DNA from: Mobula hypostoma
Taxonomy: Eukaryota
NCBI RefSeq assembly: GCF_963921235.1
Contig: NC_086109.1
Location: forward strand, 9,054,001-9,118,000
Direction: 5' to 3'
Length of the DNA: 64,000 nucleotides
The notes under the pieces are model-generated. The model did not search any database and was not told where the DNA came from. It saw nothing but the letters and a program-made list of their open reading frames with translations. Each line of letters begins with the position of its first letter. The stretch's first letter is position 1. The position numbers and the translations under genes were made by a program. Positions 23,351 to 36,404 of the stretch are shown here, piece by piece.

Positions 23351-26300
23351 TTATTTACACGCACATTTCAAAAAATATATATACACATACACTTTAATTC
23401 ACAGTATTTTTTCTCCATATGCAGTGTACTGCAGCCACAAAGTCAACAAATCTTACAGCATATGCCAGTGATACTAATTCTAATTGTGATGTGGACCTTT
23501 GATCTATGGAAATTTGTAAGAGTCTTCGGAGACATTCAAAATCTCCTCAAGGTCCTAACGAGGTAGACCCTCTGCCCTCTTGACTGTATCAGTGGTTAAC
23601 ATGATGAATTGCTAGGAAGGTCCCCTCACCTCTTCCCTGAAGTTTTATTTAAAGATTAGCATTGTATGTCGCATGTACGGCCAAGCATACAGCATCAACA
23701 ACCAGCACAGCCCGAAGATGTGTTGGAGGCAGCCTTCAAGTGTTGCCACGCTTCCAGAACCAATTTAGCATGCCCACAATTTACTAACCCTAACCTGTAC
23801 ACCTTTGGCATGTGGGAGGAAACCAGAGCACCTGGGAGAAACCCATGTGGTCACGGGGAGAACGTACAGACTCCTTACAGATAGCAGCTGGAATTGGACC
23901 CTGATTGCTGGAGCTTCAATGTGCTGTGCTACTGTGCCATAAGGTTCAGACTCACGTTTAATATCACCGGCATATGTTGTAGGATTTGTTAACTTTGCAT
24001 CAGCAGTACAATGCAATACATAATAATAGGAAAAAACTGAATTGCAGTAAATATTTCTATTTAAGTAGCTAAATTAGTGTAAAAGTAGAAATTGAAAGTC
24101 GTGAGGTAGTGCTCATGGGTTCATTGTCCATTCAGAAATCGGATGCCAGAGGGGAAGAAGCTGTTCCTGAAACATTGAGTGTGTGCCTTCAGGCTTCTGT
24201 ACCTCCTCGTTGGTGGTAGCAATGAGATCAGGGCATGACCTGGGTGATGGGGGTCCTTATTGATGAATGCCACCCTTTTGAGGCTTCACTCCTTGAAGAT
24301 GTCTTGGATACTATGGAGGCTAGTTCCCATGATGGGTATGCTCCTTTATCAGCAGGTTGTGGGTTTTAACGCCTCAGCAGGGAGTCCAAGTGCTGAAATC
24401 TCCCAATTTTGCCCTTGGAGTTGGTGCTTTGTTGGATGAGGTGTCAGTTTGAAGCTTTCTTCACACTCTCTGAGAGACCCAAAGAGTGGATGGGATTAAA
24501 TTTAACAAGTGTTGATGGAATTCATGGCCTGGGGCACTCTCGATGCACTGTGGGCGAAAATGCTCTTCTTTCGCTTTGAATCGTTGTGGGAATTTCTGTA
24601 GAAATTTAAATATGGACTCGTGCCAACAATAGGCCTGCAGATGCAGTTGCCGGCGTGATTGTGGAGGAATGCTGCCAACTGGCACGTTCCAGGCTGCGGG
24701 AGAACATGCTGAAGGATGCGTTGAATCTTGGTTCAGCCACCGTAAGAGCTCGGTGGGGTAGGACCACAGAATAGGGGCTCTTCTACGGGAGAGCGAGAGG
24801 CCAGGTTGAGTGAGGAAGTCCCTCAATTGTTGTGGTAATGTGACAGCAATGCTAATGATGTGCAGCAACATAATAGACCAGTGCAGAAGGCATTGACTAT
24901 GAATGTAAAAAATAATCAAGAGGCTTCGTCAGAAAAAGCAGAATCTCCCGGTGGCCACCCATTTCAATTCTACTTCCCATTCCCATTCCGACATGTCAGT
25001 CCATGACCTCTTCTACTGCCGTGATGAGGCCACAGTCAGGTTGGAGGGGCAACACTTTATATTCCTTCAGGGGTAGCTTCGAACCTGATGGCGTGAACAT
25101 TGATTTCTCGTACTTCCAGTAATTTCCCTTCCCCTCCTCTCCACCATTCCTTATTTCTGCTTCCCTCTCTCACCTTATCCCCATACCTGCCCATCACCTC
25201 CCTCGGGTGCTCCTCCCGCTTCCCTTTCTTCCATCCTCTGCTATCAGATTCCCTTCCCCTCCTCCAGCCACCCAGCAAACCCACCGACTTAACTCCTAGC
25301 CTGACCATAGGATGACCAGTTAACCTACTAACAGGTACGCTAAAAGATTGATCTCTTTCACCAATCAACTTCCCAGCTCCTTACTTCACCCCTCCCCCTC
25401 TCCCGGTTTCACCTATCCCCTGCCGCCTTGTATTTCTTCCTCTCCCCCCCCCCCCCCCGCCACCCCACCTTCTTACTCGGACTTCTCCCCTTCCTTTCCA
25501 GTCCTGACAAAGGGTCTTGGCCGGAAACGTCGACCGTTCATTCATTTCCACAGATGCTGCCTGAGCTGCTGAATTCCTCCAGCATTTTGTGTGCTGCGTG
25601 GAATGGTTTAATTTTGTAAATCATGAATAAAGTTTATCTTGTTAAAAAGAAGGTTCGGAGCACAGGGGCGCCACAGTGGGATAGTGGTTAGTGTGACACT
25701 ATCAGGCTTCAGAATTCAACTCCAGTGCCTTCTGTAAGGAGATTACTGTGTCGACGTTTGGGGCAACAATGAAAGCCCTCCAACTCTGTATAGAAGGATT
25801 CTTCGTTCCTGTTTCTATAACAATTTTCTTCTGACCGGTCAGGGTTGTTAACCCCCGAAGCCGGAGGACTGGTGGACCTCAAGCCTCTGACCTGTTCGGC
25901 AAGGGGTGACCGTACCAAGAGCCAAAGCCCAAGACCCTGACTCCGGTCAACATCACTCCCTGGGTCACTGAGGCGCGCAAGCCTCCAGACCCTACGACAA
26001 GGTTGTGTTCCTCTCGGAGCATCTGTTCTGCGCTGTCTCTCTAAATAAACTGAAGGTTAAACCACATAGGCCTGCAGGCGGTAGCCACGGTTGCCGGGGT
26101 GATTGTTGCAAACATACTTACTGCCAGTTGAGGAGAGGGGCCTTGAAGATGGATGACGACAACAAGATAAGGAACGACCGCCAGGTGTCTGGGAACCACA
26201 AAAACACAAAATGCTGGAGGAGCTCAGCAGGTCAGGCAGCTTCTCTGGAGAGGAGTGAAGGGTGGGCATTTTGGGCCACGACCCTTCATCGGGGCTGGAA

Positions 26301-27717
26301 AGGAAGGTGGGGGGGAGTACAAGGGAGACGTTCCTCTGAATGTTTCGATCTACATGTGACAAATAAAAGTAATCTTTAATCTGTGCTCTAGTGCAAATGT
26401 TTTTTTCATATACACTGTACTGCTACTGCAAGACAACAAAATTCACACCTTTGGGATGTGGGATGAAACTGAGTCATGGGGAGTTGGTACAAACTCCTCA
26501 GCAGACTAGAGATTAGGATCTCACACAGTCTTTACTGGCCACAACTCTGCAGGTCAGAGAGCATCTATCAGAATCAGGATCTCTTTATTGCCAGTAGGTG
26601 AAACATACCAGAAATGATTGTGGTTCAGTGCCAAACATAAAACACAGCACGATACCATAACAGACAACACAATAGCAACAACAGTTTACAAGGCAATAGT
26701 GCAAACAGACAAGAGCAATCAACAATTAGCAGAATGGTCACGTGCAAATGTCAATAATCAAACTTAAATAAAGGTGAACATATGAGAGTGAGACCTCCGT
26801 TGGGCAGAATTGACCATGGATAGTGTGTCTAGATACGTAAACCTGGACAGTACGATATGGAGGGCAAGCTGTTGTCCGTGCAGCAGGCTCCCCCTCCCCA
26901 CGTATCTGATGAACCCAAAGGAATGGCAGAGACCGATACAGTTTGGTACCGGCAGCGTCGCAGGAGCTGCCAGTCGGTGTTGCAGGGCGAAGGCAGGAGA
27001 ATGCAGTTGAGGTGGACAGTACAGCAGCCTCAGTGGCTGAATGGCTTAATTCTGCTCCTTTGCCTTGTGGCCTCTCAGTCTCCTTTGCTCCAAATCGATC
27101 AGCCCTATCTCGCTCAACCTTTGGCAAAGCAGATGACCTAACAACGGGAAAATGGGTTTGTAGACAATCTGAACTGAAGGGGCATTTGCTTTGATGCTGG
27201 GCTTACAGAGTTCATCTGGGATTAGTGAGCATTGTGGATGTGGTAGGAAGAAGTTCTTTGTGTAATGAACCTTAGTTGTTAGAGCAAAGGATTCAGAATC
27301 AAGATTTATCGGCACTGAGTTATGATGTGAAATTCAGGGCCTCAAACAGTTCTTCCCGTTGAGGCAACACATCACCTGCGAATCTGGTGGGGCTGGCTAT
27401 TGTATCCCGTGCCCCCAGTGCGACCTCCTGTACACTGGTGAGACCCATTGTAAATTGGGGACTGCTTTGTTGAGCACCTCTGCCCCATCTGCCAAAAGCA
27501 GAACTTCCTGATGGCCAATCATTTTAATTCTGATTCCCATTCCCGTTCCAACATGTTGGGCCATGGCCTCCTCTTGTGCCAAGATAGAGGAGTTACACTT
27601 TATGTCTTAATGTCTGGGTAGCTTCCAGTCTGATGCCAAGAATATTGATTTCTCCTTCCGGTTAAAAGCATTTTCCCTCCCCCCCACTTCTTCTTCTATT
27701 CCCCACTACATTCCCCT

Positions 27718-28490
27718 ACAGGGAAGGAGTCATCACCCTGACACAGTGGTGTCAAGAAAACAACCTCTCCCTCAATGTCGTAAAAACAAAGGAGCTGGTT
27801 GTGGATTACAGGAGGAATGGAGGTGGGCTATCCCTTATTAACATCAATGGATCTGGGGTTGAGAGGGTAAACCGTTTCAAGTTCTTTGGTATCCATATCT
27901 CCAAGGACCTCAGGTGGTCTGTACACACCAGCTGTGTGGTGAAAAAGGCACAACAGCGCCTCTTTCACCTCAGATGGTTGAGGAAGTTTGGTATGGGCCT
28001 CCAAATCCCAAGAACTTTCGACAGGGACACAATTGAGAGCATCCTGACTGGCTGCATCACTGCCTCGTATGGGAACTGTACCTCCCTTAATCGCAGGACT
28101 CTGCAGAGAGTGGTACGGACAGCCCAGCGCAACTGTAGATGTGAACTTACCATGATTCAGGACATTTACAGGGACAGGTGTGTAAAAAGGGCCCGTAGGA
28201 TCACTGGGGACCCAAGTCATCCCAACCACAACCTATTCCAGCTGCTACCATCTGGGAAACGGTACCGCAGCATAACAGCCAGGACCAATAGTCTCTGGGA
28301 CAGCTTCTTCCACCAGGCCATCAGACTGATGAACTCACGCTGATTTGAGTGTAGTCTATGTTACATTGACTGTTCTATTTATTATAAATTATAAATTACT
28401 ATAATTGCACATTGCACATTTAGATAAAGACGTAACATAAAGATTTTTACTCATGTATGTGAAGGATGAAATAAAGTCAATTCAATTCAA
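27718..28490 (+). mobile_element. Rex/Babar-type LINE 3' RT fragment
   Basis: ORF 27801-28343 (VERVNRFKFFGIHISKDLRWS..KKAQQRLFHLR..SFFHQAIRLMN); tail AATAAAGTCAATTCAATTCAA. Confidence 0.9.
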
Positions 28491-28618
28491 AACTCTGGCC
28501 TCTTACCACTTTTCATCTGCCAATCACCTCCTCCTTCCCTTTCCCCTGTGGTAAACTCTCCTATCAGATTTCCTCCTCTCCAGCCCACCTGGCTTCACCC
28601 ATCACCCTCTTCCTTTCC

Positions 28619-30143
28619 CAGACATCCCACCCTGCAGAAACTCACTTCAGGGAGGTAGCACCATCAATTTGCGGGAGACTCCCGGAACTTCCGGGAGAGG
28701 TGGGATGTCTGCAATAGAGTAGCTCCTTAGCAGCTAGCCAGCTAGTTTAAATAACGTTAGCTATGCTAATGAACGAATGACACCTGTTAAACTCACCTCA
28801 ACATGTCTTTTACAGTCTTAACCATAAGACAAAGGAGCAGAAGTCAGCCATTCGGCCCATCGAGTCTGCTGCGCCATTTTATCATGAGCTGATCCATTCT
28901 CCCATTTAGTCCCACTCCCCTGCCTTCTCACCATAACCTTTGATGCCCTGGCTACTCAGATACCTATCAATTTCTGCCTTAAATACACTCAATGACTTGG
29001 CCTCCACTGCTGCTCGTGGCAACAAATTCCATAGATTCATCACCCTCTAACTAAAAAAATTTCTTTGCATTTCTGTTCTGAATGGGCGCCCCTCAATCCT
29101 TAAGTCATGCCCTCTCGTACTAGACTCCCCCATCATGGGGTAACAACTTTGCCACATCCACTCTGTCCATGCCTTTCAACGTTCAAAATGTTTCTATGAG
29201 GTCTCCCCTCATTCTTCTGAACTCCAAGGAATACAGTCCAAGAGCAGACAAACGTTCCTCATATGTTAACCCTCTCATTCCTGGAATCATTCTAGTGAAT
29301 CTTCTCAGTACCCTGTCCAACGTCAGCACATCCTTTCTTAAATAAGGAGACCAAAACTGCCCACAGTACTCCAAGTGAGGTCTCACCAGCGCCTTATAGA
29401 GCCTCAACATCACATCCCTGCTCCTATACTCTATTCCTCTAGAAATGAATGCCAACATTGCATTTGCCTTCTTCACCACCGACTCAACCTGGAGGTTAAC
29501 CTTAAGGGCATCCTGTACGAGGACTCCCAATCCCGTTGCATCTCAGAACTTTGAATCTTTTCCCAGTTTAAATAATAGTCTGCCTGTTTATTTCTTTTGC
29601 CAAAGTGTATAACCATACACTTTCCAACATTGTATTTCATTTGCCACTTCTTTGTCCATTCTTCCAATCTATCCAAGTCTCTCTGCAGACTCTCTGTTTC
29701 CTCAGCACTACCGGCCCCTCCACCTATCTTCGTATCATCAGCAAACTTAGCCACAAAGCCATCTATTCCATAATCCAAATCGTTGATGTACAATGTAAGA
29801 GGAAGCGGCCCCAACATGGACCCACCACGGGCAATAGAAAAGTCACTGTTGCAAACAGTGCAGTGAGCAACACTGTCATTATTTTTGACCCCTATTAGGC
29901 AGGGGTACACTTTAGGGTAGTCTGGGGTGACGTATGTTTTATATATATTCTTTGGAACACTCCCATGGTTCGTTCGTTCTCTCTCTCTCTATCTATCTCA
30001 CTCTATCTCTCTCTCTCTCCCTCTCTCTCTCTCTCTCTCAAAAAAATTGATTTCCGTGATATTGTATATAATTTGCGGGCATCAGGGAGCCGCTATTAAT
30101 TTGCGGGAGACTCCCGGAACTTCCAGGACAGGTGGACTGTCTG
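28619..30143 (-). mobile_element. Non-autonomous hAT-like DNA transposon with 6-bp TSD, interrupted by CR1
   Basis: TIRs CAGACATCCCACC / GGTGGACTGTCTG; TSD CTTTCC at 28613-28618 and 30144-30149. Carries a BED-like Zn-finger stub (YPCLIGVKNNDSVAHCTVCNSDFSIARGG). Confidence 0.8.
28824..29820 (-). mobile_element. CR1 LINE 3' fragment nested in the hAT-like element
   Basis: SMLGPLPLTLYINDLD..KFADDTKIGG and LYKALVRPHLEYC..RRMRGDLIETF. Confidence 0.92.
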
Positions 30144-30411
30144 CTTTCCAGTCCTGAAGATAGGCCTTGGCCCACAACGTTGGCTGTTTATTCATTTCCA
30201 TAGATGCTGCCTGACCTGCTGAGTTCCTCCACCATTGTGCGATGATGTGAAATTTGTTGTTTTACAGCTGCAGTACAGAGTAAAGACATAAAAATACCAC
30301 AAATCAAATAAATAAATAATATGAATAAGACATATAGTGACGTGTTCAAAGTAAATTTACTATCAAAGTACATATATGTATGTCACTCTGAGATTCATTT
30401 TCTTGTGGGCA

Positions 30412-31323
30412 TCTATATACTACGAAAACTCTCATGCTCTGTCTGTCTGTGACCTCCAATTAGCGCAAACAGTGCATTACACTGGAACTTTTGTTGGCTA
30501 AATCTAATTAAAATGCGCTAACTTACAGAATGCAGGGAAAGTTCAGGGTTATATATTCGTATAAAATTGCTCATTCGCCAAAAATCAACAGGCTGCCTTT
30601 CACCCGAGACCCGATCGGCCAACATGGAGACCGCGATGCCACAGCCCGACGCATGCGCACAGCGGCCTCAGCAGCTTGGAGGCTTTGGTGTTACTGCATC
30701 CTATCTTCTATCAAGCATGAGGGTAAAAATATATGGATAGCCTAAGTATGTCAGGTGGAAAGAGAAAGAGGACATTATTGTCAAGAGATGACGCCAAACG
30801 TCATCGGGAAGCAGCAAGGAGAGGGAGAGAACAACAATCGGATGAGGCCAGGGCCGCACGACCCGCATGCCATCACATTTCTGCGGATGTTGGTTCGATA
30901 ACCAGAGTATGCCCTCACTGTCGTGCCTTCCTATTCACTGGAGAAACCGCACATTTCTGCTGTATGAAGGGAAAGGTCAGGATAGGCAATTTGCAACCTC
31001 TGCCTAATGAACTCCTCAATTCGTACAGCAATGATGAACCTATTGCAAACGTGTTCAGGAAGAACATCAGACAATACAATTGCCTTTTCCAAATGACATC
31101 CTTTGGTGCCAAAGAAGTCATTCCGACTTGGAATCAATGGAATCCTTCTGTGATTATTCAAGGCCAAATCCATCACTACATCGGACATTTAATTCCAGAC
31201 CCGACCCAGCAAGCCAGATTCCTTCATAATTTACTTCATGGATATTTAATGTTCAATCTGGTCACATCAGATTGTACTACCCTTCTCTCAAAGGGTGCCC
31301 CAATGGGTCACCTTGTTGTCTAG
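30412..31323 (+). mobile_element. Complete non-autonomous Helitron retaining the N-terminal part of RepHel
   Basis: 5' TC, 3' CTAG, inserted between A and T, imperfect 3' hairpin GGTGCCCC-AAT-GGGTCACC. ORF 30733-31323 has CPHCRAFLFTGE..CCMKGKV and NIRQYNCLFQMTSFGA..IQGQIHHYIG. Confidence 0.9.
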
Positions 31324-31639
31324 TGTTCAATAAATCCATAATGGAATAATAACCAGAATAGAGACAGCAGCAATGTTCAGCAAAAACCTGATGGTGGAGG
31401 GGATCGGAGGTATAGATTGATTGGATGGCCAGAGCCTTTTTTCTCAGGGTGGAAATGGCTAACACAAGGGTGCATCATGTTTAAGGTGATTTGAGGAACG
31501 TGTGGGGAGGGGGGGGGGATGTCAGATGCAAGTTGTTTTTTTTAGACAGAATGGTGGGTGTGTGGAATGCGCTGTCAGGACTGACGGCAAAGGCAGGTAC
31601 ATCGGGGAGTTTTAAGAAATACTTCGGTAGGCAGAGATT

Positions 31640-31945
31640 GGAGGGCGCCACAGAAGTGGTTAGCGTGATGCTATTACAGCTCGGCATTCCGGACTTTGGG
31701 GTTCAATTCCGACACCGTTCGGTAAGGAGTCTCTGTACCTCCTCCCTGTGGACTGCGTTGGTTTTACCCTGGTCCTCCGCTTTCCTCCCACAGTCCAAAG
31801 CCGCATTGGGTAGGTTAATTGGTCAGTGTAAATTGCCCTGTGGCTAGGTAATGGTTAATCAGGTGGGCCGAAGGTTGCTGGGGTAGCGCGGCTCGGAGGG
31901 ACAGAAGGGCTGACTCCGTGCCTTATTGTGAAGTAAATGAAGTGA
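31640..31945 (+). mobile_element. tRNA-derived V-SINE-like element
   Basis: AGTGGTTAGC (A box), GGGTTCAATTCC (B box), central GCTTTCCTCCCACAGTCCAAAG. Related copies near 9110, 9700, 23660 (-) and 63490. Confidence 0.7.
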
Positions 31946-33265
31946 AAAACAAGGGCTTTGTGGGAGGGGAAGGGTTAGATTGACCTTAGAGTAGGTTGCA
32001 GGGTCGGCACCACATTGTGGGCCGAAGGGCCTGTAACTGTGCTGTCTCTTCTCTAAGCTGTTCCTGAACTGTCGTGCGTTGGCCTTCAGGTTCCTGTACC
32101 TCCTTCCCAGAAGTAGTAGTGGGAAAAGGGCATGCGCTGGATGCTGTGTGTGTTGCCTCCTGAATGTTGGGCAGGACTGTGCATCCTCCCCCACTGACCA
32201 CCCCCCACCAATGAATCTCTGCCCCATGACTGCCTAAGGTGGAGAAGGAGCATTTGGAATGGTGTTTAGAACTTAGGGTCCGTGCGTCAGGAGCACAGGA
32301 GCAGACCACCTTTCAAACCACCCTCACCCCACGACCCTTCTGTTTCGTCTGGGGCAGAGTCTGCAGGTCCCACGCCATTCTCATCGGCCTCCTGAGGACA
32401 GAATGGGCAGTCGCCGAATCCCAGGGACACCCCGACGAGCCGACTCCCTCCCTTTACCTGTTTCTTCTGCACTCTAGTTCCTGCAGCTCCTCAACCTTTA
32501 AAGGGGTTTTCCCTTTGTGTTCCTTTTCAGGTCTAGGGTGTCAACACGGAATGTTGGCTGCCCGTTTCCCTCCACAGGCGCTGCCTGACGGGCCGAGTTC
32601 CTCCAGGCTCTTGTGTGTTAATGGTCAAATTGCCGAGTGTGATAACTGTCGGTGTGCTGTCAGTGCAGCTGAAAGTTAGAGTTGGGTGAGCAACAGGACA
32701 AGCCCTTTGGCCTGCAAACAGCTGAAAGAACACGGAACACCACACCACACTACAGGCTGCTCGGCCCATCACCTTTTCACCTACATCAAGATCAATCTAA
32801 CCCTTCTTTCCCACGTGGCCTTCCCATTCCCTATCATCCACGTGCCCATCCAAAAATGTCCCTAATTCCCGTGCCTCTACCACCACTCCTGGCAGGGAGT
32901 TCGGCACATTCACCACACGCTCTGTGTAAATAAAAAGCACTCTGACACTACCAGAACTAGAGGTCGTGGGTTAAGGGTGAAAGGTGAAATGTGTAAAGGG
33001 AGCATGAGGAGGAACTTCTTCCCTCAGTGGTTGGTGGGAGTGTGGAACGAGCTGCCAGCGCAAGTGGTGGATACGGGGTCGATTTCAACATTTGAGAGAA
33101 ATTTGGATAGGTAGATGGATGGTAGGGGTCTGGAGGGTTATAGTCAGGGTGCAGGTCAATGGGAGTAGGCAGATTAATGGTTTGGGACAGACTAGATGGA
33201 CTGAGGGGCCTATTTCCAAGCTGTAGTGTTCTATGACTCTATATCTACCACCCCTCCAACTCTTC

Positions 33266-33760
33266 CAGACATCCCACCTCTCCCGGAAGTTCCAGGAGTC
33301 TCCCGCATATTAATAGTAGCTCCCTGATGCCTGCAAATCATAGATAATATCCCGGAACTCAATTTTGTGCGTGTGTGTGTGAGAGAGAGAAAATAAAACA
33401 ACAACCACCACCATGGGACACTGTTCCAAAAAAAAAAAGAAAATATAAAACGTACGTCACCCCAGACTACAGTAGAGTGTACCCCTGCCTAATAGGGGTC
33501 AAAAATAATGACAGTTTTGCTCGCTGCACTGTTTGCAACAGTGACTTTTCTATTGCCCATGGTGGGTTAAGACTGTAAAAGACATGTTGAGGTGAGTTTA
33601 ACAGGTGCCATTCGTTCATTAGCATAGCTAATGTTATTTAAACTAGCTGGCCAGCTGCTAAGGAGCTACTCTATTGCAGACATCCCACCTCTCCCGGAAG
33701 TCTCCCGCAAATTGATGGTGCTACCTCCCTGAAATGAGTTTTTGCAGGGTGGGGTGTCTG
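33266..33760 (+). mobile_element. Second, uninterrupted copy (495 bp) of the 6-bp-TSD hAT-like element
   Basis: TIRs CAGACATCCCACC / GGTGGGGTGTCTG; TSD CTCTTC/CACTTC (1 mismatch). Encodes KKKRKYKTYVTPDYSRVYPCLIGVKNNDSFARCTVCNSDFSIAHGG. Confidence 0.8.
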
Positions 33761-34277
33761 CACTTCCTCCAATCACCTTGTATTTGTCATTGCTGCTCTG
33801 GGGGAGAAAGGCGCTGGCTCTCCATCCTATCAATGCCTCTAAGCACCCCTATCCAGTCAACTCTCATCCTACTTTGCTGCAAAGAGGTGAGTCTTCATCA
33901 GCCCAATCCTTCGAACATTGGAAGGCCTAGATAGAATGGATGTGGAAAGAATGTTTCGCATACTGGGGGAGTCTAGGACCAGAGGGCACAGGCTGAGGAT
34001 AGAAGGAAGTCCATTTAGAGCAGAGATGAGGAGGAATTTCTTTAGCCAGAGGATGGTTAATCAATGGAATTCATTGCCATAAATGGCTGTGGAAGCCAAA
34101 TCACTGGGTGTATTTAAAGCGGAGGTTGAAAAGTTCTTGATTAGTAAGGACGTCAAAGTTTACGGGCAGAAAGCTTTGTGTTTGAGGCTCTGACGGTGTA
34201 ACTCTGTACAAGTACTGCAACACGTGTAACGCGGTCTGTTTGTGCCTTTCTCTTGGGTGTAGATCCACTGCAAAGAG

Positions 34278-34484
34278 ATGGACGTGTTCCCCAGGAGATT
34301 CCCTCAGAGTAAGTCAGGAGGATGTGCCCTGCCTCTGAACTTTCCCTCCGAGAATTGGAGTCAGAGGGAAATGTTTGAGCCCGACCCTCGATGCAGAGCC
34401 AGAACTGAAAATGGTAGCACAGGGCGTGGGAGGGAAACGGAGCAGGAGTCCGCCCGAACAGTGCGCACCGCTGCGAGTGAGATG
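34278..34484 (+). CDS. RASAL3: First coding exon (exon 34263-34484) of plus-strand gene, RASAL3-like RasGAP candidate
   Basis: Acceptor TTTGTGCCTTTCTCTTGGGTGTAG|, Kozak gagATGg, donor ATG|GTGAGT, phase 0; MDVFPRRFPQ...TAASEM. The gene identity rests on recalled similarity of downstream exons and is tentative. Confidence 0.6.
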
Positions 34485-34965
34485 GTGAGTACCGTGAACC
34501 AGAGGAAAGTATCTGGGAAAGGCTGGGGAACATCCCATTATGAAAGTCCCCATCATCAGGGAGGAGGTACAGGAGCCTGAAGGCACACACTCAATGATTC
34601 AGGAACAGCTTCTTCCCCTCTGCCATCTGATTTCTGAATGGACAATGAACCCACGAACAATACCTCATTTTAAAAAATATGTATTTTTCTCTTTTTGCAC
34701 TATTTATTTAAATTAACAGACTATAATTCACAGTTTTCGGATTATTATGTATTGCAGTGGACTGCTCTACATAACAAATTTCACGCCTTACACAGGTGAT
34801 TGTGATTCTGACTCGGAATACAGGTCCTCATCGTAAATGATCAGGAAGTTGGAGGTTTTCAGTAGGCTGAGAGCTTCCTTGTTCTCATGTGTTTGCTGCG
34901 ATTCAACTTATTGTCAAGTTTAGGAGCTATCTTACAGGTTCCCCAAGATTTTTAAAAATGGCTAT

Positions 34966-35530
34966 GTCATGTCAAGTCAGGTCACTTTTTATTGTCATTT
35001 CAACCATAACTGCTGGTACAGAACATAGTAAAAATGAGACAATGTTTTCCAGGACCATGGTGTTACATGAAACAATACAAAAACTATACTGAACTACGTA
35101 AGAAAAAAAACACAAAAACTATACTGACTACAGACTATCCAGGACTGCACAAAGTGCACAAAACAGTGCGGGCACTACAATAAATAATAATAAATAATAA
35201 ACAAGACAATAGGCACAGTAGAGGGCAGTAGGTTGGTGTCAAGCCAGGCTCTGGGTATTGAGGAGTCTGATGGCTTGGGGGAAGAAACTGTTACATAGTC
35301 TGGTCGTGAGAGCCCGAATACTTCGGTACCTTTTGCCAGGTGTCAGGAGGGAGAAGAGTTTGTATGAGGGGTGTGTGGGGTCCTTCATAATGCTGTTTGC
35401 TTTGCGGATGCAGCGTGTGGTGTAAATGTCTGTGATGGCGGGAAGAGATACCCCGATGATCTTCTCAGCTGATCTCACTATTCGCTGCAGGGTCTTGCGA
35501 TCCGAGGGAGTGCAATTTCCAAACCAGGAA
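34966..35530 (-). mobile_element. Rex/Babar-type LINE 3' end
   Basis: SAEKIIGVSLPAITDIYTTRCIRKANSIMKDPTHP..SFFPQAIRLLN. Confidence 0.85.
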
Positions 35531-36404
35531 TAATTATTATTCCAAAATCAGATAGATTCACAAAGCATTCTAGCAGAGGACAGACTCTTCAGCACATGTA
35601 GTCCGTGTTGAACTGTAATTCTGCCTGTTTTCATCTACTTGCACATAGTCCTCTGTACACATCTCGTCCGCATGCCTGTCCAAGCTCCTCTCGTGCAATT
35701 GAACTCTCATCTACCTGGACCACTTGCTCACCCTCACAGCACCTTCCGAATGAACAGTTTCCCCTTTAATATCTCACCTGTCACCCTAAACCTATGACCT
35801 CTTGTTCCAGTCCCACCCTCCTGAGCAGGAAAAGCCGGAATCCGATAGAGTGAGGTGGTAATGTGTGGCAGCAGTACAGTGCCACACATAAAAAAATTAT
35901 AATAAGAAATCTTCACAAAATAAATAGGTAGTGACAAGAGAGAGTAAACTAACGAGAGAGTATCCATGGTCCATTCAGAAATCTGATGGTGGAGGGGAAG
36001 AAGCTGTTCCTAAAACATTGAGTGTGTGTCTTCAGGCTTCTATACTTCTTCCCTGATGACCAATGAGGAGGGCATGTCCTGGGTGATGGCTGATTTTGAG
36101 GATGCCTTTTGAAGATGCTGTCGATGCTGGGGGAGGTTACTGTCCATGATGGAGTGATCGAGTTTGCAGCTTTCTGCAGCTTTTTCCAATCCTGTACCGT
36201 TCTCCACCACCTCCCCCCCGCCAGAGGGTGATGCAGCCAGTCAGAATGCTCTCCAGGGTACAAATGTAGAAATTTGCTAGTCTTTGGTGACGTGCCAAAT
36301 CTGAAAATTCCAATGAAATGTAGCCTCTGGCATGCTTTCTTTGTAGTTCAAAGTTCAAAGTCAACTTATTATCAATGTACATATTTGTCACCACTGTGTA
36401 CATA

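Noticed and set aside
29473..29910. Apparent Zn-finger/RT fusion ORF
   Set aside because: Artefact of a CR1 fragment inserted in frame into the hAT-like element; the uninterrupted copy at 33266-33760 shows the junction.
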